A stretch of DNA of 30,315 nucleotides, from the NCBI GenBank assembly GCA_964383725.1, contig CAYLIN010000001.1, positions 1-30,315 on the forward strand. Direction: 5' to 3'. Origin of the DNA: an uncultured Azospirillaceae bacterium (lineage in GTDB: Bacteria; Pseudomonadota; Alphaproteobacteria; RF32; CAG-239). The notes below the pieces were generated by a model. It saw nothing but the letters and a program-made list of their open reading frames with translations, was not told the DNA's origin and did no database searches. Below are positions 1 to 9,318 of the stretch, one piece after another (position 1 is the stretch's first letter; every line of letters starts with the position of its first letter). Both the position numbers and the translations under genes were made by a program.

Positions 1-756
1 TTCACGTACACCCAAAGAGCCCAAACGCTTGGAGAGTTTGCCTTCTTTTCCGGTCAATAACGGCAAGTGTGCAAATGTCGGGATTTTGCCGCCGACAGCT
101 TCAAACATTTGGATTTGTGCGGCGGTATTGGTGACGTGATCTTCACCACGGATAATGTGCGTAATGCCAAAATCAGCATCATCAATAACTGACGGCAGGT
201 GATACAAATAAGACCCATCTTCACGGATAATCACCGGGTCAGCCAAATTGGCTGCGTCATAATGACAATGACCGCGAACTAAGTCATCCCAATCGATGCT
301 GCCGGAAACGAGCTTGAAACGATAGTGCGGTTTGCGTCCTTCCGCTTCATAAGCGGCAATTTGTTCCGGCGTTAACTTCAAAGCACCGCGGTCATAAATC
401 GGCGGCAGACCTTTGGCCATCAATTTTTTACGCATGACTTCCAATTCTTCAGCCGTTTCATAGCAGGCATAAACACGTCCTTCTGCTTTCAAGCGAGCAA
501 CGACCTCATCATAACGGGCCATTCTTGCAGATTGACGGGCTTCTTCATCCCACTTAAAACCAAGCCAAACCAGAATATCACGCAAGGCATCTTCATATTC
601 TTTTTTGGAGCGCAACACGTCCGTATCATCAATACGGAGCATAAACTTTCCACCCAATTTTTTGGCCAAAAGCCAGTTAAAAACTGCAGTTCTTGTATTA
701 CCAATATGCATATAGCCTGTCGGGCTCGGGGCAAATCTTACTTTAAAATCACTCAT
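1..756 (-). CDS. gltX: Glutamate--tRNA ligase, N-terminal 252 codons; runs off the window edge and is missing from the ORF track
   Basis: Manual minus-strand translation from ATG at 756: [29 protein letters not shown]...LRIDDTD...[11 protein letters not shown]...[14 protein letters not shown]. Contains the class I HIGH-type (HIGN) and KMSKS-type (KLSKR) motifs. Confidence 0.96.
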   Translation of the reverse strand, partial: MSDFKVRFAPSPTGYMHIGNTRTAVFNWLLAKKLGGKFMLRIDDTDVLRSKKEYEDALRDILVWLGFKWDEEARQSARMARYDEVVARLKAEGRVYACYETAEELEVMRKKLMAKGLPPIYDRGALKLTPEQIAAYEAEGRKPHYRFKLVSGSIDWDDLVRGHCHYDAANLADPVIIREDGSYLYHLPSVIDDADFGITHIIRGEDHVTNTAAQIQMFEAVGGKIPTFAHLPLLTGKEGKLSKRLGSLGVRE

Positions 757-852
757 TTTCTTGTTCCAGATATAATAAAAACTATCGGAAATATTATCTT
801 TATTGTTCTCTGATTTCAAGCCCTTTTTCGGCAAAAGGCTCAGTTTACAGAC

Positions 853-1503
853 TTATCCCCTGATTTTGGTAAGTATCGTTTTTTCTGCGGCTTTTGCTAA
901 ATCTTCCAAATCTTCGATAAACCATTCAATTTCACCATCATTTCTTTCAATCATTTCGGCAAAACGCGTGCGATATGCTAAAATCAAGCTACTTTCTTCA
1001 AGTTTGATATCAACCAATTTAATTGCCCCATCAACCTGATGAAGACGAAAACGGACATTGACTGATTGCGCTGCTTTATCTGAGGATAAACTAAAATTGA
1101 CCTGAGCCGTGATTTCCGTAAAATCTTTTTCTTTGGTAACATTTGTTACTTGATAAGACAAATTATTGGCAAACTCCAACGGCAAGGTTTTATACATTGC
1201 CAGCGCATAGCGATTAAACACTTGTTGGAACTGTTTTTTCTGAGCATTAGACATTGTGCGCCAGTAACGCCCGATAACAAAGCGAGAAATATAGTCCATG
1301 TCAACATATTGAAGAAATAACCCATCCAGCGTTTTATAACGCTCATTCATATCCGGATTGCGAAATGTCAACAACAATTGCTCACCTTTTTCTTCTGCCC
1401 ATTTTTTAGCTACCCCCTCATCAAGGGCAGCCGCTAAGCAATTCCATGATAATAAAATTGTGGCGCAAAAGCTGATAAGTTGCAAAAAACAGTTACGTTT
1501 CAT
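853..1503 (-). CDS. mlaC: MlaC/Ttg2D-family periplasmic phospholipid-binding protein
   Basis: Signal peptide, plus family-like segments YVDMDYISRFVIGRYWRTMSNAQKKQFQQVF and KLVDIKLEESSLILAYRTRF. Confidence 0.85.
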   Translation of the reverse strand: MKRNCFLQLISFCATILLSWNCLAAALDEGVAKKWAEEKGEQLLLTFRNPDMNERYKTLDGLFLQYVDMDYISRFVIGRYWRTMSNAQKKQFQQVFNRYALAMYKTLPLEFANNLSYQVTNVTKEKDFTEITAQVNFSLSSDKAAQSVNVRFRLHQVDGAIKLVDIKLEESSLILAYRTRFAEMIERNDGEIEWFIEDLEDLAKAAEKTILTKIRG

Positions 1504-1558
1504 AAAATTTTACCTTATAGTTATTGTAGTTTAAGTGTAACATCAATTGGTTAATAAA

Positions 1559-2584
1559 ATGAAACTGTTCCGACTATTTTTTGGTATTTTTGCTTCCTCT
1601 CTGCTGTTTTCGGCTCAAGTTAAAGCCGCTGATGCCGGATTGCGCGTTATCAATACCAGAGGCTTTGTCCGCTGCGGAACAGATTTAAGCACATCAACCT
1701 ACGCCACAAAAGCAAAAGACAAAAGCTGGCACGGGATTGATGCTGATTTATGTCGCGTTTTTGCAACGGCTGTTTTTGGGGATAGCAGTAAATTTGAGCT
1801 GGTTAATGTACCTGCTCCCCAAATTTCTCAGGCTCTCGCCAATCATTCTATAGACATCATGCTGGGTAATAACGCCCTTTCCGCCGGAGCGGAAATTAAA
1901 AGTCAGGCAAACGCCGTTGATGTTCTTTATTATGATAAACAAACTTTTTTAGCTCACCCGATTAAAGATGCCGAATCGATGAGAGCTTATCAAGGACAAA
2001 ATGTTTGCGTCGTTAAAAATTCAGCCGATATGGCTAATGTTAGCGAATATAGCCGTAAGTATAACCTCGGTCTTAAAATAACACCATATAACAGTTTGGA
2101 TGAAGCTAAAACATCTTTCTTTCTTAAACGTTGCCAGCTATTCAGTGCTAATGATATCTATTTGCAAGGTTTGGCGGCAACAATTGTCAGCGCCAATAAT
2201 ACCTATGAGATTTTGCCAGAAGTTATTGCCTATCGCCCTGTCTATGCTTATTCCGCCAAAGAAAATCCTACATTAAGAATCATCTCAAAATGGATTTATA
2301 ATGCGTTGATTTTAGCAGAGGAAATCGGAATTTCTTCTAAAAATATTGATGCTTATATCGGGGTGACAGATGCTACAACACGTAATCTTCTCGGTATAGA
2401 CCCTCAATTATGGGAAGCATATGGCTTATATCCGCAATGGGTTAAACAAGCTATAAAAGAATTGGGTAATTTTGGTGAAATGTACGAACGCAATCTCGGT
2501 GCGGCGTCAAAATATAATATTCCTCGTGAAAAGAATAACCTGATTGGAAATGGCGGCTTGATGATTGCTAAGCCGTTTTTCTAA
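1559..2584 (+). CDS. aapJ: Amino-acid ABC transporter substrate-binding protein, AapJ/BztA family
   Basis: Signal peptide from ATG 1559 (the track uses TTG 1547). GFVRCG, GIDADLCRVFATAVFGD and the C-terminal GNFGEMYERNLG...GGLMIAKPF match the AapJ pattern. Confidence 0.8.
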   Translation: MKLFRLFFGIFASSLLFSAQVKAADAGLRVINTRGFVRCGTDLSTSTYATKAKDKSWHGIDADLCRVFATAVFGDSSKFELVNVPAPQISQALANHSIDIMLGNNALSAGAEIKSQANAVDVLYYDKQTFLAHPIKDAESMRAYQGQNVCVVKNSADMANVSEYSRKYNLGLKITPYNSLDEAKTSFFLKRCQLFSANDIYLQGLAATIVSANNTYEILPEVIAYRPVYAYSAKENPTLRIISKWIYNALILAEEIGISSKNIDAYIGVTDATTRNLLGIDPQLWEAYGLYPQWVKQAIKELGNFGEMYERNLGAASKYNIPREKNNLIGNGGLMIAKPFF

Positions 2585-3272
2585 GTTTTTCCTGTTGTTT
2601 AATAAATGAAACCGCTGCTTTTAAGGCCGGTTCTGAAATCGTGTGAGAACCACCATCGATAATCTTTTTCTTCACCTTACATCCAAGTTTCTTTATGTGT
2701 TGTGCACTGTAGTTTTGCGCATCAAACCGAACATATCCATCATCATTTCCATGAATTAATAACGTATCCGGAGTGCTTTGGGCATTTTCACAAACCATTC
2801 TCTGGCCAGCAAGTATCCCGCTAAAACTGATTACACCACGTAGCTTTTGCGGCAACATCAATCCCGTATACAACGCCACCATCGCGCCTTGAGAAAATCC
2901 GCACAAATAGACATCATCATATGTTAAGTCATACTCGCACAAAGTTTGTTCTATATATGGAACAACTTCGTCATAAGCTTGTTGCAATCCCAATGTCATT
3001 CGATCATAAATAGCTGCACATTCGTCTATTGTCGGAACCAGACGACGTCTGTCATCAGGATCAAAACGATGCATGGAATACCATTGTCGTTTTCCTTCAT
3101 GGATTTCGCATATTTGTGAGGCCTGAGGAATGTGAAGTGCATAGTCATCAAGATGTTCCAGAAGATATGAGATTTTATTATCAACTGAAGAAGCACAGTT
3201 GACGTAACCGTGCAAAAACACAATCAGTTTCTTCGGCAGTCCTTTGATATGAACAATTTCTTCCGTAATCAT
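2568..3272 (-). CDS. Phospholipase/carboxylesterase (alpha/beta hydrolase)
   Basis: LHG oxyanion motif, GFSQG nucleophile elbow, HGNDD (Asp) and GGSH (His). ATG 3272 is preferred over the track's 3341 start, which lies beside a terminator. Confidence 0.88.
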   Translation of the reverse strand: MITEEIVHIKGLPKKLIVFLHGYVNCASSVDNKISYLLEHLDDYALHIPQASQICEIHEGKRQWYSMHRFDPDDRRRLVPTIDECAAIYDRMTLGLQQAYDEVVPYIEQTLCEYDLTYDDVYLCGFSQGAMVALYTGLMLPQKLRGVISFSGILAGQRMVCENAQSTPDTLLIHGNDDGYVRFDAQNYSAQHIKKLGCKVKKKIIDGGSHTISEPALKAAVSFIKQQEKLRKTA

Positions 3273-3340
3273 CAAGAGCTCTCTTTCCTTAGCTCTTTTG
3301 TAATACACAAAAGAATTGAAAAAATCGTAAACAAAACACA

Positions 3341-3373
3341 ATAAAAAACCCTTGGTTGGGGATCCAAGGGTTT
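3341..3373 (-). terminator. Intrinsic terminator of the upstream lipoprotein gene
   Basis: 10-bp stem AAACCCTTGG/CCAAGGGTTT (3346-3355 and 3364-3373), followed on the minus strand by a U-tract. Confidence 0.8.
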
Positions 3374-3395
3374 GTTTATTATAAATCAGCTGAGA

Positions 3396-3872
3396 TTATA
3401 AGCAATCGTTGCAGCCTTCTCTCTTATAACCATTATATGGTTCTTTTTCATAGCTGACTTCTTCATAAGTCTTTGGCTCGTAAACGGTTGTATAACGGAT
3501 CTTTTTGTAAACAACCTCTACGGGTTCACGTTTTTCTCTAACAACCGGTTTGCCACACGGGGAGGAGTTGGAGTATGTTGTGCGGCTGCTAGAGCAAGAT
3601 GAGCCGTTAAACAATTGCTTTTCACGAACTTCACGAGTTCCTGTTGAATAGCGGTTCGGCTCATAACGACGGTATGAAGACGGAGCGTAGCTTGTGTCAT
3701 AGACATAGTGGTAGCAAGTGCCGTTTTCATAAAAATCACAATTTTGACCACGTTGTTGAACATAATTGGTTGTACGACGTGTTTCATAAATAACTTCATC
3801 TTCATCAGAACCATTCATGCATGCACACGCAGACAAAAACAGTGCCAAGGACAATACTAAAACCTTTTTCAT
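3396..3872 (-). CDS. Hypothetical Cys/Tyr-rich lipoprotein, 158 aa
   Basis: GGAG RBS before ATG 3872; MKKVLVLSLALFLSAC lipobox; followed by a terminator. Confidence 0.8.
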   Translation of the reverse strand: MKKVLVLSLALFLSACACMNGSDEDEVIYETRRTTNYVQQRGQNCDFYENGTCYHYVYDTSYAPSSYRRYEPNRYSTGTREVREKQLFNGSSCSSSRTTYSNSSPCGKPVVREKREPVEVVYKKIRYTTVYEPKTYEEVSYEKEPYNGYKREGCNDCL

Positions 3873-4010
3873 TAGATACTCCATCTTAAAGTTGATTTGC
3901 TCGACGATTTTTCGCAAATTTACGTCATTTTTGTTTAATATACATATCTTTTATAAAAAATCAAGTACTTTCTTAATATTTTTTTAACTTTTTACAAAAA
4001 AGCCAAAAAT

Positions 4011-5282
4011 CTAGCGATATTTTTTCAGCACATAAAGCTCTGAACCATATGGAAGCAAAGCCTTTGCTATTCCTTGACAACAAAAAGGTCGTGTTTTTTT
4101 TGACATATTTACAGCCACCATTATCTCTTGTTTTTTCCAGCGCCGAGAAAAAACAAGAACATCTCGTGAAATCTGCAAAATACGAAAATCACCATAGATT
4201 AAAGCCGGATAACGGCGGCGACATTCAGCCAATCTGCGAATATGTTTTGTCAAAAAATTATCATCTTGCAAAAACAGACAATTACGAACCTGCTCATCAC
4301 CCTTTGAACGCTCACCAATCACGCCCCATTCACTACCGTAATAAACAGACGGAATGCCGGGAATGGTAAATAGTAATGTATATAACGGAAATAACTTTTG
4401 TTTCTCCCGTACAACAGATGCAATTCGCGAAACATCATGATTGTCCAAAAAATTATAAAGCATCTGTCCGCAATAAACACCATTTTGTTTATGAAATTGG
4501 CGATTTAAGGCAGAGGCTATCTCCGCCATATTTCCTTGATTGGCTCCGGAATGTAATGCCTGATACGCCTCATAATTTGTTACGGAATGGCACATTTGCG
4601 GCATGAGCAAGCGCGCATAATCCCCATAAACAAATTCTGCCATCAACCAAAAATCAGATTTTTCGTTCCGGCAATGCGATGATAACTCACGAATAAATTG
4701 TCTGCTTAAACAATTGGCAGCATCTAAACGCAGCCCATCAATAAAAAATTCTCGTATCCAATACGACACAACAGAAAACAAATATTCTCGAACAGGGGCG
4801 TGAGCTAAATTAAGTTTGACAATATCATCACATCCGGCCCATCCCTCATAGCAGAAACCATCGCCATAATGATTATCTTTTGAGAAATCTAAACAAAACC
4901 AATCACAATAAACGGATTTTTTCTTCTTTTGCAAAACATCTCTAAAAGCAAAAAAGTGGCGACCGACATGATTGAATACGGCATCAAAGACCAATCGCAT
5001 CCCACGTTTATGGATTTCTTGTGATAAACGCTTTAACTCCTCATTTGTTCCAATACGGCGATCAACATAAAAATAATCTGCCGTATCGTAGCCATGAGCC
5101 GAAGATTCAAAAAGAGGACCTATATATAAAGCGTTTACACCAAGTTTTTGAATATGCGGCAACCAATCTTGTATTTTTTTCAATCGGCTCTGAACCGGCT
5201 GCGTAAAATCATTTGTTTTTTCAGCCCCACAAAAACCCAACGGATAAATGTGATAAAAAAAACTTTTATCTGCCCAGCGCAT
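4011..5282 (-). CDS. GH13 alpha-amylase family enzyme, cyclomaltodextrinase/neopullulanase-like, cytoplasmic
   Basis: FYHIYPLGFCGA start, HGYDTADY, DAVFNH, DGLRLDAA (nucleophile Asp), LMAE (Glu) and FLDNHD (Asp). ATG 5282 avoids overlap with the upstream gene. No signal peptide. Confidence 0.9.
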   Translation of the reverse strand: MRWADKSFFYHIYPLGFCGAEKTNDFTQPVQSRLKKIQDWLPHIQKLGVNALYIGPLFESSAHGYDTADYFYVDRRIGTNEELKRLSQEIHKRGMRLVFDAVFNHVGRHFFAFRDVLQKKKKSVYCDWFCLDFSKDNHYGDGFCYEGWAGCDDIVKLNLAHAPVREYLFSVVSYWIREFFIDGLRLDAANCLSRQFIRELSSHCRNEKSDFWLMAEFVYGDYARLLMPQMCHSVTNYEAYQALHSGANQGNMAEIASALNRQFHKQNGVYCGQMLYNFLDNHDVSRIASVVREKQKLFPLYTLLFTIPGIPSVYYGSEWGVIGERSKGDEQVRNCLFLQDDNFLTKHIRRLAECRRRYPALIYGDFRILQISRDVLVFSRRWKKQEIMVAVNMSKKTRPFCCQGIAKALLPYGSELYVLKKYR

Positions 5283-5301
5283 TACTGAATTTTGAATTAT
5301 T

Positions 5302-5802
5302 TTATTTTCCGGATATATCTTTGACAATGCCGGTTCCCTCCGGAAGTGGCGATGGATAATGAACCGGACCGCGTTTTTTCAGCTTGGGCTTTTTCTTACT
5401 ATATCCACCTTTTACGCATAGCAACTTATCACTTTCATTTTTTTCACACTTTACAGGAAAAGATGAATCCTTGAACATTAAATCACCATCTTTATCCCGA
5501 ACATACACATGGGTATTACACCCCAGTTTTCCGCAATTAAAACTGGAGTTTAACACAAAGACGTAACCATCATTCGGATAAAATGAAACATAGAAATCCT
5601 TATACTGAACCAAATCCGGCAACTCATCACTAGCGGGACCAAATTCATCTTCAAAAATTCGAGCAACTTCAGCTTCAGAAATATGTATTTCATCCAGATT
5701 AGGACTTGAGGCATTATAGTATAAGTAATATTGGGCATGCTGTGCGTGAGCTGCTGCACCGCCCAATAACAATCCAATCAATAAAGTTACTATTCTTACC
5801 AT
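5302..5802 (-). CDS. Hypothetical exported protein with four Cys
   Basis: Signal peptide MVRIVTLLIGLLLGGAAAHA, CGKLGC motif, AAGGTG RBS; co-oriented between ABC-F and GH13. Confidence 0.72.
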   Translation of the reverse strand: MVRIVTLLIGLLLGGAAAHAQHAQYYLYYNASSPNLDEIHISEAEVARIFEDEFGPASDELPDLVQYKDFYVSFYPNDGYVFVLNSSFNCGKLGCNTHVYVRDKDGDLMFKDSSFPVKCEKNESDKLLCVKGGYSKKKPKLKKRGPVHYPSPLPEGTGIVKDISGK

Positions 5803-5876
5803 CGTTTCACCTTTCTGATTTTACATTATTTTTATATTAGGCGACTTCTTTTTAAATGTTAATTATTTTTTATCGG

Positions 5877-7727
5877 TTATTCTGCGGTTAAATTTTCCAG
5901 CAAAGAACAAGCTTCCAACCACTGAAGCTCATTATCTTCAATTGCGGCTTCAAGACTTTTAAAATTCTTCTGCAGTTCAACAAGCTCATCCAATGAAAGT
6001 TGTTGCTCAAAACGGCTTTCCATATCATTCTTTTGTTTTTGTAAAACTTGAAGTTCTTTTTCTAAACGTGCAATTTTCGTTTTTAAGGCATTTATTTCTG
6101 TTCGTCTTGCCAGTTGTTGTTCTCGCTGCTCTTTTCCCGATTTTTTTTCTTTTGTTTCCTGAGAATTGCTTCTTTCAGCCAATAACATATTTTTATAGTC
6201 TTCAATATCCCCATCAAATGAACGTATTTGTCTGTTCTTTACCAGCCATAAAGTATCTGCAACCATTTCAATCAAATGAAAATCATGGGTTATCAGGATA
6301 ACGGCTCCGTTATAACGGTTAAGCGCATCCATCAGAGCATCACGCCCGTCAATATCAAGGTGATTTGTCGGCTCATCTAAAATCAGAAGCTGTGGCGCAT
6401 GCCGTGTCATGGCTGCAAACAGCAAACGAGCCTTTTCGCCACCTGACAACCGAGAAATTTGCGTAATTGATTTTTCTTGTGTCAAACCAAACTGAGCTAA
6501 ATGCGCACGGACAACGCTTTCCGACGCTTCAGGCATTAGCTGTCCCATGTATTCTGCCGCGGTTAACTCGATTGGCAATTCTTCTGTCTGATGCTGAGCA
6601 AAATAGCCGATTTTTAACTTTGAAGATGCTTTTAATTTGCCATTCATTAACGATAAACGACCGGATAACAACTTGGCAAACGTCGATTTTCCGTTTCCGT
6701 TCGCTCCGAGCAAAGCTATTCTATCATTTTCAACAATTGATAAATTGAGCTTTTGCAAAACAACTTTATCTCCGTATCCAGCCACGGCCTCTTCCAAAAC
6801 CAACATCGGTGAAGGCAACGGTTGAATTTCAGGAAAGTTAAAATAACTGACATAATCCTGTTCAGCCATTGATATAATTGGCATTTTTTCCAGAATTTTA
6901 AGACGACTTTGCGCTTGTTTCGCCTTAGATGCCTTATAACGAAAACGATCTATGTATGATTGCAAATGCCTACGTTTAGCAGCTTGCTTTTCTGCGGTTT
7001 TATTTTGTAATTCTCGCTGTAAAGAACGATTTTGCTCAAAAGAATCATAATTTCCGCCATAAGTCACTAATCGTCCATGATCAAAATGCAGAATATGATT
7101 ACATATATTATTAAGTATATATCGATCGTGACTAATGAGAAGTAATGTGCCTTGATATTTGCGTAAATGCCCTTCCAGCCAAAGAGAAGCTTCTAAATCC
7201 AAGTGATTGGTCGGTTCATCCAAAAACAAAATATCCGACGGTTGATACAGAGCGGCAGCCAAAGCCAAACGCATACGCCACCCTCCTGAAAATTCTCTGA
7301 TTTTTCTTGTCAAATCCTGTTCAGAAAAACCTAATCCGTTTAAAATAGCTGCTGCTCTTGCTTTTGCAGAAGATGCGCCGATAATCAGCAAGCGTTCATG
7401 TATTTCCGCAGCTTCTTCCACGGAGGTATTCTCCAAACGAGATAAAAGTTCTGTTCGTTCCTTATCTTGCGCTAAAACATATTCCAAAATCTGTTGCTCA
7501 AGATTTTCAAACTCTTGAGCAACATAGCTGATACGACTTGATGTCGGCAATTTAACATCTCCCAGCTCTGTTTCCTGCTCTCCGCGCAAAACCCGAAACA
7601 ATGTTGTTTTACCGCAGCCGTTGGCTCCGACCAAGCCGACTTTCCAGCCATCAGAAATATGAGCGGAAGCTTTTTCAAGCAAAACCTTAGAACCGATCCG
7701 CAATGTTATGTCATTTATATCTATCAT
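5877..7727 (-). CDS. ABC-F family ribosome-associated ATPase (YheS-like)
   Basis: Two nucleotide-binding domains: GANGCGKTT / FSGGWRMR / LDEPTNHLD and GANGNGKST / LSGGEKAR / LDEPTNHLD. No TM segments; C-terminal coiled coil. Confidence 0.95.
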   Translation of the reverse strand: MIDINDITLRIGSKVLLEKASAHISDGWKVGLVGANGCGKTTLFRVLRGEQETELGDVKLPTSSRISYVAQEFENLEQQILEYVLAQDKERTELLSRLENTSVEEAAEIHERLLIIGASSAKARAAAILNGLGFSEQDLTRKIREFSGGWRMRLALAAALYQPSDILFLDEPTNHLDLEASLWLEGHLRKYQGTLLLISHDRYILNNICNHILHFDHGRLVTYGGNYDSFEQNRSLQRELQNKTAEKQAAKRRHLQSYIDRFRYKASKAKQAQSRLKILEKMPIISMAEQDYVSYFNFPEIQPLPSPMLVLEEAVAGYGDKVVLQKLNLSIVENDRIALLGANGNGKSTFAKLLSGRLSLMNGKLKASSKLKIGYFAQHQTEELPIELTAAEYMGQLMPEASESVVRAHLAQFGLTQEKSITQISRLSGGEKARLLFAAMTRHAPQLLILDEPTNHLDIDGRDALMDALNRYNGAVILITHDFHLIEMVADTLWLVKNRQIRSFDGDIEDYKNMLLAERSNSQETKEKKSGKEQREQQLARRTEINALKTKIARLEKELQVLQKQKNDMESRFEQQLSLDELVELQKNFKSLEAAIEDNELQWLEACSLLENLTAE

Positions 7728-7733
7728 GGTTTG

Positions 7734-7762
7734 TTTATGCCATACGCCTCAAAAACTGTCAA
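7734..7762 (-). promoter_or_regulatory. Possible sigma70 promoter of the ABC-F gene
   Basis: TTGACA (7762-7757), 17 nt, then CATAAA (7739-7734), a weak -10. Confidence 0.35.
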
Positions 7763-7827
7763 ATTTTTAATCAAATTTTTAAAGTTTAATCATATACTTA
7801 TTCATTATTCAGTTAAGGAACGACACA

Positions 7828-9243
7828 ATGAAACTCAATCAGATTACAGAATGCAATTTAGATATTGAAATAACCGGACTTTCCGCAGACTCAAGAGAGA
7901 TAAAACCAGGATATTTATTCGGTTCATTAAATGATGACAAATTCATCTCTGCGGCGGTGGCTCAAGGTGCCGCTGCGGTTATTGTTCGCTCTGACTTTAA
8001 TGAAGCGCTTTCTGTTCCGGTTATTCGGACAAATAATCCTCACCTGACTTTTGCTCAAGCTGCTGCAAAATTTTATGGCAATCAACCATCTCACATTGCC
8101 GCCATTACCGGTACAAACGGCAAAACCTCCATTGCTGATTTTATCCGACAGATTTTAACAATGATGGGAGAAAAAGCCGCCAGTATGGGCACACTCGGTT
8201 TCATCAAGGGAAACGAACCACCCGTCCCCTCGCCTAATACAACACCGAATGCCGTTACAGTTCAACGGGAGCTAAAATCTTTGGCTGATGAGGGTTACAA
8301 TTATTTAGCAATTGAAGCCTCAAGCCATGGTCTGCATCAATATCGTATCGGTGGTGTACAGGTTAATGTTGCCGGTTTTACTAACCTGACGCAAGACCAT
8401 ATGGATTATCATAAAACTTTTGAAAATTATCTGGCAGCAAAAATGATTTTGTTTACACATAATCTGATTGACGGGGGCACTGCTGTTCTTAATGCGGATA
8501 TTGAAGTTTTTTCCAAACTTGAAAAGTGCTGTTTGGAGCATGGTAAAAAGGTAATAACTTACGGACGCCTTGGTAAAGAATTGCGTCTTATCAAAAACAC
8601 ACCTTTACCGCACGGACAACGCCTTGAAATTGAATATTTTGGAAAACTAATGGAAATCGATATTCCTCTGGCCGGTGAATTTCAGGCAATGAATGTTTTG
8701 TGTGCGTTGGGAATGCTCGCCGAATTAACAGAAAAGCCTTTTGAAGTCATTAAATATGTTGATAAAATTCATGGTGCCAAAGGTCGTTTGGAACTGGTCG
8801 GAACATTTAATAATGCAGCCATATATATTGATTATGCTCATACACCGGATGCCTTGGAAAATGTGATTAAAGCTTTACGCCCACACACAAATAAACGTTT
8901 GGTTGTCGTTTTTGGTTGCGGCGGTGACAGAGATGCGACTAAACGTCCAATTATGGGGAAAATCGCCAATGATTTGGCTGATGTCATTTTTGTAACGGAT
9001 GATAATCCACGCACTGAAAATGCTGACAATATTCGGCAACAGATTATGACGGCTTGTCCTAAAGGAAAAAATATTGCTAACCGTGCCGAAGCCATAAAAA
9101 AAGCCATTTATGACCTGCAAAGCGGTGATGTTTTGATTGTTGCCGGAAAAGGACATGAAACCGGACAATATATCAACGGAAAGGTTTATCCGTTTAGCGA
9201 TCATGAAGAAGTATTAAAAAATATACATACCAAATTATCATAA
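7828..9243 (+). CDS. murE: UDP-N-acetylmuramoyl-L-alanyl-D-glutamate--2,6-diaminopimelate ligase
   Basis: ITGTNGKTS P-loop, NTTPNAV, IEASSHGL, DYAHTPDAL, FGCGGDRD, DNPR (meso-DAP specificity motif), AGKGHE. Confidence 0.97.
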   Translation: MKLNQITECNLDIEITGLSADSREIKPGYLFGSLNDDKFISAAVAQGAAAVIVRSDFNEALSVPVIRTNNPHLTFAQAAAKFYGNQPSHIAAITGTNGKTSIADFIRQILTMMGEKAASMGTLGFIKGNEPPVPSPNTTPNAVTVQRELKSLADEGYNYLAIEASSHGLHQYRIGGVQVNVAGFTNLTQDHMDYHKTFENYLAAKMILFTHNLIDGGTAVLNADIEVFSKLEKCCLEHGKKVITYGRLGKELRLIKNTPLPHGQRLEIEYFGKLMEIDIPLAGEFQAMNVLCALGMLAELTEKPFEVIKYVDKIHGAKGRLELVGTFNNAAIYIDYAHTPDALENVIKALRPHTNKRLVVVFGCGGDRDATKRPIMGKIANDLADVIFVTDDNPRTENADNIRQQIMTACPKGKNIANRAEAIKKAIYDLQSGDVLIVAGKGHETGQYINGKVYPFSDHEEVLKNIHTKLS

Positions 9244-9260
9244 AAATCTTTTTTTAACTA

Positions 9261-9307
9261 TTGCTTATTATACTTTACTCCGTTATACATACGCGAAGGT
9301 ATATATA
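9261..9307 (+). promoter_or_regulatory. Putative promoter with overlapping AcrR-type operator
   Basis: TTGCTT-17-TATACA (9261-9289) overlaps the inverted repeat TATACATAC-gcgaag-GTATATATA (9284-9307, 8/9 match). Confidence 0.6.
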
Positions 9308-9318
9308 AAGGAAAGAAC

